This document shows positions 26,203 to 39,239 of a stretch of 64,000 nucleotides of DNA, one piece after another. The DNA is from Epiperipatus broadwayi (lineage: Eukaryota; Animalia; Onychophora): positions 11,780,001 to 11,844,000 of the forward strand of contig JAQFVV010000008.1 in the NCBI GenBank assembly GCA_028023455.1. The letters are read 5' to 3'. Positions within the stretch are counted from its first letter, which is position 1; each line of letters begins with the position of its first letter. Under the pieces are notes generated by a model. The model was not told the DNA's origin. It saw only the letters and a list, made by a program, of their open reading frames with translations, and did no database searches. Both the position numbers and the translations under genes were made by a program.

Positions 26203-26634
26203 CTAAAAAATAATAATAATAAATAAATATATTAAAAAAGCAAAAGCAAAATCAGCAAATAATCAAATAATACAAAAACAAAAAATATAAATACAGTAAA
26301 AATAAAAAAATAACAAACATTAGCATAACTCTAAGCAACTTTTCAGTAGCCTCATTATTTTCAGATCTATATTTTAAAGAATGAAGAGTTCTTAAGAGCA
26401 TATAAGATCATAACAACAATATCTACATAGTTACTTCATGAATGATTAAGATACAATTTCATGTGATAATAAGTTTCATGATTATCAAACTTTATTCTAA
26501 TTTGTTACAATAATCTCAACTAATATTGTCCTTTTTAAAAAACTATTTAAAAAAACATAAGAGTTAAACGAAATAATCTTATAATTAAGAAATAGAATCA
26601 AAGTAAAAATGATGGTGAATAAAGTAAAACGATT

Positions 26635-27290
26635 ATCATCATCATCGTCAACCATTATTAATCCACTGCAGGATGAAGGTCTCTCCAAGTTCAATCTATC
26701 TTCTCTGATCTCTAGCTACTCTTCTCCACATCACCCTTGCACACTTTTTATTTCATCCATCCATCTCATATGTGCTCTCTTTCTGGTCTTTTACAATTTC
26801 TTGGAATCCAGTTTAAGATTTCAATTGTCCATCTATTATCAACTCTTCTAGTAATATGACCAGCCCAACTCAACTTCAGTCTTTTAATTCTTTTAGAATG
26901 TCAGTAACACCTGTTTGTTCTCTTACCCATATATTGCATTTTTGATATCTTATTACTCTTAACATTCATCTCTCCAAACTTCTTTGAGTGGTCTGAAGTC
27001 TCTGTATTGTTCTTCTATTAAGTGTCCAAGTCTCAGATTCTTTTTCAAACACATAGGCATAATTCCTTTTAGTATTAAATTATTTTTACCAAAAGCACTC
27101 CAACTAACTTTAATTCTATGATTAATTTTATCCATTGTGTTTCCATCTGTAATAATAATCTGATCAAGGTATTCATAGTTGTTAACTTCTTCTAACTCTT
27201 CATAATCAATCTTTATATCTTTAAAGCTATACCAAGTAGTAATTGCTTCTAAAAACTTAATACTCTTATTCGGGGTCCACTATGCTAATA
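26635..27290 (-). mobile_element. RTE LINE 3' end with (GAT)n tail
   Basis: LKLSWAGH remnant and terminus GGAGAGACCTTCATCCTGCAGTGGATTAATAATGGTTGACGATGATGATGAT. Confidence 0.75.
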
Positions 27291-28042
27291 TGAAATGCAA
27301 AAACATTAAACATATTTAGTAATAATTATAAAATTCGTAAGTGATCAAGAGTTGATAAATAACATGGATCAAGTATAATGATAAAGAAGAAAAAATTTAA
27401 CAAATAAGAAGGCCTTGTATTTAGAATTAAGAATGAAATTAAGTGTTATGAAAAAAAATATATAAATAATATGATAAATTATTAAAGTATTGTGATAGAC
27501 TAACAGTTTTCAGATAAGTTGTTAATAATAATGCTTTAGAAATTGTGAACATCAATTAGTTAATTGACCAATAATCAAACTGAAAATTTGTCAAAAAAAA
27601 TTTACAAAACAACTGAAATATATGTATATATTGTACAATATTAATAATGAAAAACTGAAGTAAATCAGAATATAATGGGAAAGATCTGCTTAAAACCAAA
27701 ATAAAGAATTGAACAAGTGGTACGTTTCTTCAGATAAAAGATATGATCGTGCATATATGGTAAAATTCTCAGGTATTTCAGTTCAATAATAATGTTTTCT
27801 GCAAATGTGTGATAAAATTACATTATGCCAATTAATAGTAATGTGCATAAAGCCCGAGACTGTCTTAGAGATAATGTGAAATATATAATAAACTAATGCA
27901 AAATACTAAAAAGCATTTATTATCAACAAATATCACAATAACCTAACATATTCTGTAATCAATAAACATGATATGATATTATGAAATCCAAATTATTAGC
28001 GGATGGAAAAATATTCATTCCTATTGTTATATTTTTTAGTTA

Positions 28043-28324
28043 TGATTTATTTATAACCTTAGACAAGTGGACCATCAATTAGTAATTTAGACTCTATAAT
28101 ATTATTAGTTAGCATTTGCTACTAATTGTAAATTTAGATTGTAAAGAAGTGCATAAAGTGAGAGACTAGAGATTGATTTTGTTTGATTGATAGAGATAAG
28201 AGTTTCTGGGAAATTTAAATGTAGTTTGTATGGCAGTCGAAGACATTTTTGCTTTTAATAAATTTATACACATAAATAAGTAATATAAGTTTATTCACGA
28301 AACAAACAGATCCTCAAATAATCA
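28043..28324. mobile_element. Possible solo LTR
   Basis: Termini TGATTTATTT...AAATAATCA form short inverted repeats; internal AATAAA. No convincing TSD. Confidence 0.25.
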
Positions 28325-28810
28325 TTTAAATGATCTTATAAATAACAGCAATTTTCTATTATATCAATGTCTATCTATTTTGTCTGTCATTACTAAGTTA
28401 ATTCACAAGCCAGATTCTTTGGAAATCTAGCTTATGGATTATCTTAATAACATATGCTATGAATAGATTTATATTCCTAGCATTACATATTTGATACGCT
28501 GTAAAATTATTTTTATATTTATTAAAATCATTAAAATATAGGATATATAATTGTGGGCATAAAATAAAAATAAAAAGTAGAACATTTACTATTAAAATGA
28601 AGAAATTTTAAAAAAGATATTGGGAACAAATATAAATAGATAATGAGATAATATTATTATATATATAAATTATTAGCAATTTTGTTTTCGTAGATGAAAA
28701 ATAACAGAAATATAAAGAATGTAATAGCAGAGAAACCAAACGGGATATAAGAATAAAAAGAATGAAAAAAAAGTAAAGATATGCAAAAAGATATAAACAT
28801 AACAATTTAT

Positions 28811-31800
28811 TGCGATATCTATATACAATATAGTCTCGCATGTATCTAGATTATTGATCCTCAATAATAAGAAAGAAAGTTTTCGTTAAAAGAAATATAG
28901 AACCAATAAATTAAGAAAAAAAAAAAGAAAAGAAAATTAGGAAATACTAAATAAAGATTGAAGATTAGAAAAGAAAGGGGAGGGGTGTATAATGAACACG
29001 TCTCTTTCTTTCTTGGTAAATAAAGTTATTGTAAACGTATTGATCAAATAAAAAATGCTAATACATAATTTAATATTTGAAATGTTTTAAAAGAATGAGA
29101 GAAAATAATGGTAACTGTAAAATTGGAAAATGTGAAAGTTGTAACAAAATTCCAGTATAGATTGGTATAAGATAAGGTAATGTAAAGGAATATTGCAATT
29201 AGCAACATTCCTGAGAACAATAGGAGAACGAATCGAGATAAGCAGAACGGATTTTTTTTTTGGTTAGTTAGTTTTTTTTTTTTTGGCTGGCAAAACTGGG
29301 GAGAAGAAGGCAGAAATCGTGGAGAGAATAACGCGGACATATTGTAGGAATATTAGCGAACTTCGTTGGGTACGCTAACATGAGAGGCTAGTGGCACATA
29401 ACGGACGTTTGCTCGGTATTCTCCGTCCAAGCGTTGGCTCACTACCTAAACATCTGATATGCTGCCGATAAGAGACCGCCATCATGGAACCAGATATGCC
29501 TGGATACTCGTTCGATGATACCTAAAGAAATGAATCGGTATTAAAGTTTCGGAAATGGAAGGAAATCAAACCCACGCCAGCGGACTATAAAACTTTACGC
29601 TCCACTTACTGGACGACGGAAGAACAAGCAACCATCTCTGCAAAAGAAGGGAAAGCTCCCACTTGATGGTTGATCCATCATTGAGGATTCCGTACCTAGG
29701 TAACTTTTGTTAATACATGCATGTCATAATTATTTTGTGAACAAAGAAATCAACCAGAAACTAAACTGTTAATTTTTGCGCAATACTTCGTTCAATAGCT
29801 AAAGAACTTATGAGCTTTACTATCAGAATGTATGAGACAAGTAACAATTGGGTTACGCTAGTGGTGTAATGAGTTATTTGAATTATATTCTTTACTATTT
29901 TATTTGTGTGCATATTATGTTGGTGTGTGGTAGATATATGTGTGTTTTATTGTTTATTATGTCATTTATAAATAATCGATTACAAAATTAAAAATTATTG
30001 TGAAAAAGAAGTAACTAGTCTTTTGCAGTTTGTCTTTCTTTGCCAAGCGAACAAATATTTAGTGTATATTAAATCTAGGTCATTCGAACTGACAAATGTT
30101 ATTAATTTAAGAATCATAATAGAGATATAGAAGTGGACAAATAAGTCATTTCCGATTGTAGAGAAAAAAAAAAGAGGGAAAGGGCTATAGTCGATATTCT
30201 TTCTGTACCGTGATAGTCTCGGGAAATTTATATAAATATTCCAAGCGCTGGGCAGAAATAATTGTTTGATTCAAATAATATGCCCAGCAGAGAAGAAGCG
30301 TTTAATTGGGAAATATAATGCTGGGGCGATATTTATATACCGTGTCAGTGTTCAATTAAGAATATAGGCTTAAGTTTTGGGTTTATATTGGCTTCTTGCT
30401 TGTGGTAATAATCGTCTACCCCAGAAACGTTCAATCACGTGAGTAAAAGTGGAAGGGTTGGCGTTTTTGGTATGAGGGAGCGATTTGTTACATTAATGGG
30501 GGCCAGTCCGAGAATCTTGTCACATTCGAGGTAATAATCAGATTGAATTAAATTATAGCGCCTTGATTAAAATAGATATACATATGTGAGGTCCATACAG
30601 CAAAGGTTAAATAGAGTCAAACAATCGTAAAATAGAATTTAGACTAAGAAATGTTAGGTATTAGAATAACATGGGCATCATTGATAAAGCTATGCAAATT
30701 AAAATTAATTCAACTATCTTGATTAATTTCAAAATAGGAACAGTTTTATGAATGTTTTTCTCTTTTTGAAAAAAAAAAAACTTTTAATAGTTATATAGTG
30801 GGTTTTAAAGACAGTAGAATAGACCTAAGATCTAGATAGAAATACATACAATAATAAAGGGTCGCTTGGTGGGAGAGAAAAGTAAGGCAAAAGACAACCG
30901 AATTTTACGAAAGAGAGAAAGAGACGGGGTAAGACTTACTAGGCACAATCTACGTTATATAGAAAAAAAAAAGGGGGAATTTTATTATTTAAATAATAAA
31001 AGTTTGTAAGTTTAGGGGATCTTTGAAGCAGCATAAACAAGTGAGTTAATGAATGGAGATGGGGAAGGCCAGCAAACGTACCTAATATTGAATAAAATTA
31101 ATAAAACAGGATCGCAGTTAATAGTAGTAGTAATTAAATAAGTACCCAGTAATTGATAATATTTAGTTGGAATCAATGCATACGAGATCGAAAACAAAAA
31201 TGGACGATCAAGTTGAAACAGAGAAAGTTCCCAGTAAAGAACAAACGGAATCATCCGGAGAAATAGATAGTGAAAGAGAAATAGAAACTAATAATGAAAA
31301 TGGAATAAATAATAATAATAATAGACAAGAACAGAAAGTTAATGTAGAAAATTATAATTTAATGAGAATGTTGGAGAAAATGGTGGAGGATCAGCGGCAG
31401 TTTATAAAGGAGATAAGGGAAAGAGATGAGCAGAAAGATGAAATGAATAGGAAAATGACAGAAAATCAGCAACAGTTTATGAAGGAGTTAAAGGAAGATA
31501 ATAAGAAAATGTTAGACGAGTGGCAAAAACAATTAATTGACAAATTTGATCAAAAAACTGAAGAGTTGAGTAAAAAGATCGAACAAACCTCAAGTCAGGT
31601 TGCTGTTACGAATGAAAGGCTGGACGGACAGGTTGAAGTACTCGAAAATTTAGAGCAGCGAATCACGGGAAATGTACATAATTTAGAACAAGAGATTCTG
31701 ATGAAAGTAGATGGAAGGGTGGCGCATATAAAGGATAAAATAGAAACTGTGTGTCGAGAGGTAGAGAAGTTCAAAGTGGAACGAGATGGAAAGATGGAGG

Positions 31801-33394
31801 AGATTACAAATGGTAACGAGAAAATGATAGAGAATCTAAGAATAGATGTCAATCAGTTAGCGGTTACGATCGAAGGGCTAGAGTTAAAAGTGGAGGAAGG
31901 GGAAAGAAGCATAGAAAGTGGGAAGAGGGGAGACGAAACTAATAGTAGGGAACAGAAGAGCGCGAGCGAATGCGTGTTTATCCACAATGGAAATAACCAT
32001 GTTGGCTCGGCCAATGTGAACCAATTTTTAAAAATTCGGGTCTTCGCTGGTCACACGGAGGAAAACCCCATAGAACATCTTGGCAGCCTTGAAAGATATG
32101 GCATACTGAACAGATTGAGTGAAGAAGCCACTATTGCCATCGCATGCAGTCACCTACAGGATGCTTCACAGGAATGGTGGGACTCGTTATTTGAAAAACC
32201 AACAACATTCGAGGATTATAAGGCAGCTTTACTCACTAGTTATAGGAGCGAAGAGCACCAGGAGAACATCCTGCATCAAATATCGCAAGACAGATGGAGA
32301 CCGAGAAACGTTTACTCCATTTTTTCGTCGCCAGGTGGCGAAATTGCGCGCACTCACTGCTAGTCCATTATCAGAGAGGCAGATGATTCGAATAATCAGA
32401 CATAATTTGCTGCATAACGTCGAGCAGATGCTGATAGGCACGGAACGGAAAACGGTCGAACAGGTAGCGGAACTACTAAATGCGTTTGACAGCGCTCATT
32501 CTGGTCTTAAACAGAAGATCAAGGATTCAAACCTCCGAAAGATCCAATGATAAATATGGGACCAGTTAAACCCCAACGAAAGTACTGGGAAGATAGTGAT
32601 AGATTTTATGGCAGCTTGGATGGAGCGAAAGGGCATAGACAGATGGAAAGGGATCAGAGTGTGAAGTATCCGAATGAGGATAGAGGCTTCAACAGACAGA
32701 GGGACAATAGTCCATTCCCTAGCACAAGTGGGTATATCCCCAATAAAAAAAATAAAGAACCTCCAGATAGACACTAAAAATAAAAGGAAAAGTAATGGGA
32801 CTGACACATTTAATCGACTAAATGATAGCGGCCATGGATGTTGAACATGATAAGGGGAATGTACGGAGAATGGGTAATGGTGAAATAGTAAGAGTAGAGA
32901 ATGCATGAATGAGGTTCTGGATTAGAGACAAATGCGTGCAGATGTAAGTCATGTGGGGGTTGCATTTTGAGCTTGGTCAAGCCGTCTCGCCGTACATATA
33001 AATCCGCAAGGGAGTATGTGTGTTAATCCGGTCTATACACATAAGAATAGACAGGAAATAAATAAATAAAATAAATAAACAAACATAATGAGGACTCAGC
33101 AGAGATCTGGGCTCATTATCCTGCTTACTGGGTGAAACCCCAAAGGTATTGAAAAGATACTAAGAATTAAAAGATATTGAACTCAAAAGACCAGGTGGAA
33201 CAGGCTGTAGAAAATCAGGCTGTTCACAAAATCGGACTCCATGAATGCGGATGGGAAAAAAAAAAAGGGGGGGAAGAATCAACTCTTTGCAGGATAGTGT
33301 TCGGTGGAGATTAAAAGTGTTTGGGCAGTGAAAATCAATCAAATGGAATGAAGTTAGTTTGAACCTAGTTGTCTCTCCAAGATAATCTCATCAT

Positions 33395-33425
<31 letters not shown>

Positions 33426-35130
33426 TAGGGAGCGGTGTAATGCGATATCTACATACAATATAGTCTCGCATGTATCTAGATTATTGATCCTCAATAATAA
33501 GAAAGAAAGTTTTCGTTAAAAGAAATATAGAACCAATAAATTAAGAAAAAAAAAAGAAAAGGAAATTAGGAAATACTAAATAAAGATTGAAGATTAGAAA
33601 AGAAAGGGGAGGGGTGTATAATGAACGCGTCTCTTTCTTTCTTGGTAAATAAAGTTATTGTAAACGTATTGATCAAATAAAAAATGCTAATACATAATTT
33701 AATATTCGAAATGTTTTAAAAGAATGAGAGAAAATAATGGTAACTGTCAAATTGGAAAATGTGAAAGTTGTAACAAAATTCCAGTATAGATTGGTATAAG
33801 ATAAGGTAATGTAAAGGAATATTGCAATTACCAACATTCCTGAGAACAATAGGAGAACGAATCGAGATAAGCAGAACGGATTTTTTTTTTGGTTAGTTAG
33901 TTTTTTTTTGTTTTTTTTTTTGGCTGGCAAAACTGGGGAGAAGAAGGCAGAAATCGTGGAGAGAATAACGCGGACATATTGTAGGAATATTAGCGAACTT
34001 CATTGGGTACGCTAACATGAGAGGCTAGTGGCACATAACGGACGTTTGCTCGGTATTCTCCATCCAAGCGTTGGCTCACTACCTAAACATCTGATATGCT
34101 GCCGATAAGAGACCGCCATCATGGAACCAGATATGCCTGGATACTCGTTCGATGATACCTAAAGAAATGAATCGGTATTAAAGTTTCGGAAATGGAAGGA
34201 AATCAAACCCACGCCAGCGGACTATAAAACTTTACGCTCCACTTACTGGACGACGGAAGAACAAGCAACCATCTCTGCAAAAGAAGGGAAAGCTCCCACT
34301 CGATGGTTGATCCGTCATTGAGGATTCCGTACCTAGGTAACTTTTGTTAATACATGCATGTCATAATTATTTTGTGAACAAAGAAATCAACCAGAAACTA
34401 AACTGTTAATTTTTGCGCAATACTTCGTTCAATAGCTAAAGAACTTATGAGCTTTACTATCAGAATGTATGAGACAAGTAACAATTGGGTTACGCTAGTG
34501 GTGTAATGAGTTATTTGAATTATATTCTTTACTATTTTATTTGTATGCATATTATGTTGGTGTGTGGTAGATATATGTGTGTTTTATTGTTTATTATGTC
34601 ATTTATAAATAATCGATTACAAAATTAAAAATTATTGTGAAAAAGAAGTAACTAGTCTTTTGCAGTTTGTCTTTCTTTGCCAAGCGAACAAATATTTAGT
34701 GTATATTAAATCTAAGTCATTCGAACTGACAAATGTTATTAATTTAAGAATCATAATAGAGATATAGAAGTGGACAAATAAGTTATTTCCGATTGTAGAG
34801 AAAAAAAAAAGAGGGAAAGGGCTATAGTCGATATTCTTTCTGTACCGCGAATAGTCTCGGGAAATTTATATAAATATTCCAAGCGCTGGGCAGAAATAAT
34901 TGTTTGATTCAAATAATATGCCCAGCAGAGAAGAAGCGTTTAATTGGGAAATATAATGCTGGGGCGATTTTTATATACCGTGTCAGTGTTCAATTAAGAA
35001 TATAGGCTCAAGTTTTGGGTTTATATTGGCTTCTTGCTTGTGGTAATAATCGTCTACCCCAGAAACGTTTAATCACGTGAGTAAAAGTGGAAGGGTTGGC
35101 GTTTTTGGTATGAGGGAGCGATTTGTTACA
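28811..35130 (+). mobile_element. Non-autonomous gag-only Ty3/gypsy LTR retrotransposon with ~1.7-kb LTRs
   Basis: LTRs 28811-30492 and 33436-35130 differ by ~17 substitutions counted by eye. TSD TTAT (28807-10, 35131-34). PBS TGGGGGCCAGTCCGAGA resembles tRNA-Pro; PPT AAAATAGGGAGCGG. Confidence 0.92.
31167..32550 (+). pseudogene. Gag: long coiled-coil N-terminus plus Retrotrans_gag-type capsid, one frameshift near 32300
   Basis: ORF 31167-32363 (FAGHTEENPIEHL...ACSHLQDASQEWW...FEDYKAALL) continues in the frame of ORF 32119-32550 (ETFTPFFRRQVAKLRAL...LSERQMIRII). Confidence 0.8.
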
Positions 35131-35800
35131 TTATAGATAACAATTTTTTGCAAATATACTATAGATAAGAATATACAGCATATATATTGTGTTATATCAC
35201 TAATTTCTGACTAATTAAAATTCTAGTAGAAAATAATATTTCGCATTATAATAATCCAATGGTCATCTTTTAAAACTTTATGATAATGTACTGAAATCTT
35301 CAAACTTAGGTTATTTCACTTTAATATAACATAGGGCTTCATAGTATAATAGTAACAAATTTGCCTAAGGTAAAATTTGAAATTTTTTTACATTCCAATC
35401 AGTTTTATGATTTTGCTTTCAAGTAGCTAGCCAATAGCTACCCCAGATAACCATCCAATATTGATCAATAAATAAATATTTTGCTATTCTTGGGTAGAGG
35501 TTAAAAGAAAGAAGGAAAAAAAAACCTCAATGCTCAATACTTAGCAATTAGATAAGTTAGTAATGCATTCTCTTTCACTGATTCTATATGAAGAGCAGTT
35601 GGAAAAGACTCAGTCTTGCAGAAGGCAATTTAAAAGCAGTTTTTTTACTTAATATAATGTAAATAAAATAATTGGTGACATTTTAATATAAAATTCAAAT
35701 TTTTAGTTGCAAAGTACTGAAGATATTTTGGACTATAATTTTGAAATTATGTATCATTGCTATAATAAAAACAAGTATACATACACAAACAAGATAATAC

Positions 35801-36348
35801 CTGAAATAAGTTTATCGACCCTTTTCCATGGAGGTCTGACCAGCAAATCTTTTTTTAGCATCTGGATAGCTGCACCATCTTTTTTTGCAGCTGGAATAAC
35901 TGAAGTAGTCTCTTTCAACCAACAACATTTTTTAATGCCCTGTAGTCTCTCCAAGTTTTCACTTTTGTAACTGCTATCCTTGGCTCTTGTTCGAGATCTT
36001 TGAATGGGACGCAACAAACGAGTTTTGCTTCCCACTGTCTTATTTGAGGTTCCAAGTCTTTCTAAAGAACTAAATTTACTACTTGAAATGCGTCTGATGC
36101 AAGATCCACTGCAAGGATATCTAGAAGGAGTATTACCATGTCTTTTAGCAAGAGAAGTTTTGTTTTCTTTAGATAAATTTTTTTCTTTAGTTTCAGAAGA
36201 ATTTAAATCATTTTTCAATTTTCCTTGCAAACTTGAAGATAGCGTATTAGTAATTTTCTTGCCACACCAAACAGATGAGTGCAAAATTGGAGAAGCAGTT
36301 GTAGTAGCATCAACTGAAGCTTTTAAAGCTGGAAAAGCAGCATAATAT
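35801..36348 (-). CDS. KIAA0232: KIAA0232-like protein, internal coding exon (548 nt, phase 2 to phase 1)
   Basis: Acceptor atttttatag|A TAT TAT GCT and donor TCA G|gtatta. Contains ORF 35760-36284; starts YYAAFPAL, followed by a Ser/Lys/Arg-rich region. Phase fits both neighbouring exons. Confidence 0.85.
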
Positions 36349-36645
36349 CTATAAAAATATATAGAAGAATAACAAAATTAAAGATATAAAAACAATACCA
36401 AAAAAAAAACACATTAAATCAATTATGTTTTCAATTTATATGTGTTTAAAATATATAAATTTTAAAACAACAGATGTCTAATTGAAGCAGGAATGGAACA
36501 GGAACAGACTATAAGAATACTACAATACCTAAACTTTGTAAGCACAAAATTTAAAAAAAATGGCATGAATTACATAGAAATTTATATGCAATAGTCAAAT
36601 ATTCAGTATAAAAATTATTTGTCCACAATGTTGTTATATACTTAA

Positions 36646-36742
36646 TATAATAATCAATCTAAATAAGATTGAAGCAAACAACTAATTATATCGTCGCAGC
36701 TATTAGTTGTTTGTTTCAATCTTATTTAGACTGATTATTATA
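36646..36742. repeat. 97-nt near-perfect hairpin (41-bp arms, 15-nt loop)
   Basis: tataataatcaatctaaataagattgaagcaaacaactaat / attagttgtttgtttcaatcttatttagactgattattata, two mismatches. Confidence 0.85.
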
Positions 36743-38129
36743 GAAATTTATAATCAAACAAATTATTACATTGATTAAAAAATAAATAAAATATTCCAAA
36801 AATAATTTATTATTAATTAATATTATTATTAATTCAATTCTGATCACAATCACCTTTTAAGTTTAAATGTTTTCATGAATTTAAGTATTTTAACTTATTA
36901 TATCTTTATAATTTATTTTTTTGTTTTCTCAAGTTGATTTTATTTAAATCAAAATTTTTACATTTACTTTATTATTGAAACAGATGCGATATAAGTAAAA
37001 AAGAAAAGTAATTATAAACATTAAATTTTTGGAAAGCATATATGTAGAATTTTTGCTTTTCAGATTTCTCTTAGAAAAATTATTAGGCATAAAAACTTAC
37101 TTTTTACATAGGTAAGACCAAATGCAGATATTTTTATTCAAATAATTAATAAAATAAAGATGATACATGACTTCTAATTTTCTTTATAGAATTATATCTA
37201 CTATCCAAAGAAAACAAGTTTATAATCAAATAATTTACTATATTGATTAATAAAATTATTAACTTCAATAAGTAATGTCCTCATTTGTAAGTTATTTATT
37301 ATTAATTTTTTTTGACCACATGATTTTTCATTAATTTTTAAGTTTTAAAGAACTTTACTGTGACAAATAAATGTGAAAACTTGCTTTGTTTGACTAATAT
37401 GTGTTGTAAAAGTTGTGCTTTTTAATCAAAAAATAAATACATGTATTTATTTAATAAATAAAGATATATTAATTTTTTTAGAGTGCTGAATCTTTTGACA
37501 AAAGAAAATAAATGGTACACACACAAATCCAATAATAAACTAAAAAGTTAAAATCTTTCCTAGACCTATTATTTCCATTGTATTTTAAAAATAAAAATAA
37601 AAAATCCACAGCATTCATTTATATTATATTAAAATATTCAACTTTTTTTTATTAATAATATTTTTGTAGCAAAAAAAAAAAAAAAAAAAGGAAACTAAAA
37701 AAAAAAAATTGTATTTTTGTATGCAATAATAAATTTATAAATAAACATCATCTTCATTATTTTGTTTTTTAGTTTTAAAAATATATTTCTATATAAGAGC
37801 ACATAAATATATACAGTATTTAAAAAATTAAATTAATATATAATTCAAATGATATAAAATTACAATGAATAACTAGCTATATTATGCCACATATAAAATA
37901 TAAATTGTTAATAACTAAATAAATAATATAATCAATATATCAGTCAGATTTTTAACTCTAATAAATTAAAAAAAATAATTTTACATTCATTTGTAATATT
38001 ATTTTTCAGCATTCTTATGTAAGTTATCTATCTATGACTGATGATAAATATCAGATAAACAATTTGATAAATTGTACTTCAAAAAGAATTTCCTTCCTCT
38101 TCACAGAAATATGATCACATTTATATACA

Positions 38130-38214
38130 GGCAAAACTTTCCATACAGTAGTGCCACTCTTAAACAGCTTCAGTAAGCATAAAAAATGGTGATCATGTGA
38201 TGTTTAGTGGTTAA
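38130..38214. mobile_element. 85-bp mini-copy of the hammerhead repeat family with 16-bp TSD
   Basis: Unit start (ggcaaaactttccatacagtagtgcc) fused to the inverted terminus (gatcatgtgatgtttagtggttaa). Flanked by atcacatttatataca at 38114-38129 and 38215-38230. Confidence 0.8.
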
Positions 38215-39239
38215 ATCACATTTATATACATAAATCTTATTTCTCTAACAGAACTCATCTGCAATGGAAAGAAAAAATTCTTGAAATAATAAGAGTAAAT
38301 TCAGAGCAGATTTCTCTGTTATAGAATCATCTACAGTAATACACATGCCTTCCTGATAGATAACAATCATTTCAATTTCAATATCAAATTTAGACTTCCA
38401 TTTTTGCTACATCATAATATCATTCATTTCTAATTTCTTAGATTGATTATTTCAAATTCTTTAGGTATATAACTTATTCATTTTTGATTACCATCTCGAG
38501 AATGTGAATCTATTTAAATATACAGGTAGATTAACAGTAATATGAAATCTGGGGTTCTAGAACTTTTACAGATATGTGAATTTTTTGAATTTCAATAATA
38601 ATAAATCTTTCTCTGATTACAAAACGAAAGTTAGTTAAAAATTTGAACACTGTTAATTTTTTTATTATCTATAGTTTGTACATTTAGAAATACATTTTGC
38701 ATACTGCATAAATTTATTGTATTCATAGTAATAAATACACTTTAAAATATAGTATATGTTTATATTTATATCAGCATAAAAATTTTATATAGCAATAATT
38801 AAAGCAATAAATCAGAACAATTCTTTGTAATTTTGTTTGAATAAAAGAAATTTTTAAGTTATCAGTACTTGGATTAATGTAATCTATCTATATTTTGACT
38901 GTAGAAAAGAATTTACTGTTTATTGAAAGGAAAAGCCTTGGTTCCTTTTTCAGGCCTTAAAAAATAGTGTCAATGCATCTGTATTACTAGGTAAGTATTC
39001 ATATAGTAAGTGAACGCAGATAGACTGCTTATGAACATGTAACTCAGCAATGGTGAGTTTATTGGTTTTTACCTTCGAGTATAAAGTCAAGAAAAATTAT
39101 GGTCTTTGTCCTCAGTTGTTTGATTAAATATAAGTTGAATTTTCTTGAAGACAGGATAAATATGTGTGTGAAAGATCATTTCATTTTTTAATAGATGTTT
39201 ATAATCATTGCAAACAAAACTAAATTATAGATCTTATTC

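Noticed and set aside
29044-29340. Hydrophobic, transmembrane-like minus-strand ORF duplicated at 33673-33930 (env-like?)
   Set aside because: Antisense reading of the A-rich LTR U3 region; the hydrophobicity comes from T-rich codons and the duplication is simply the LTR pair.
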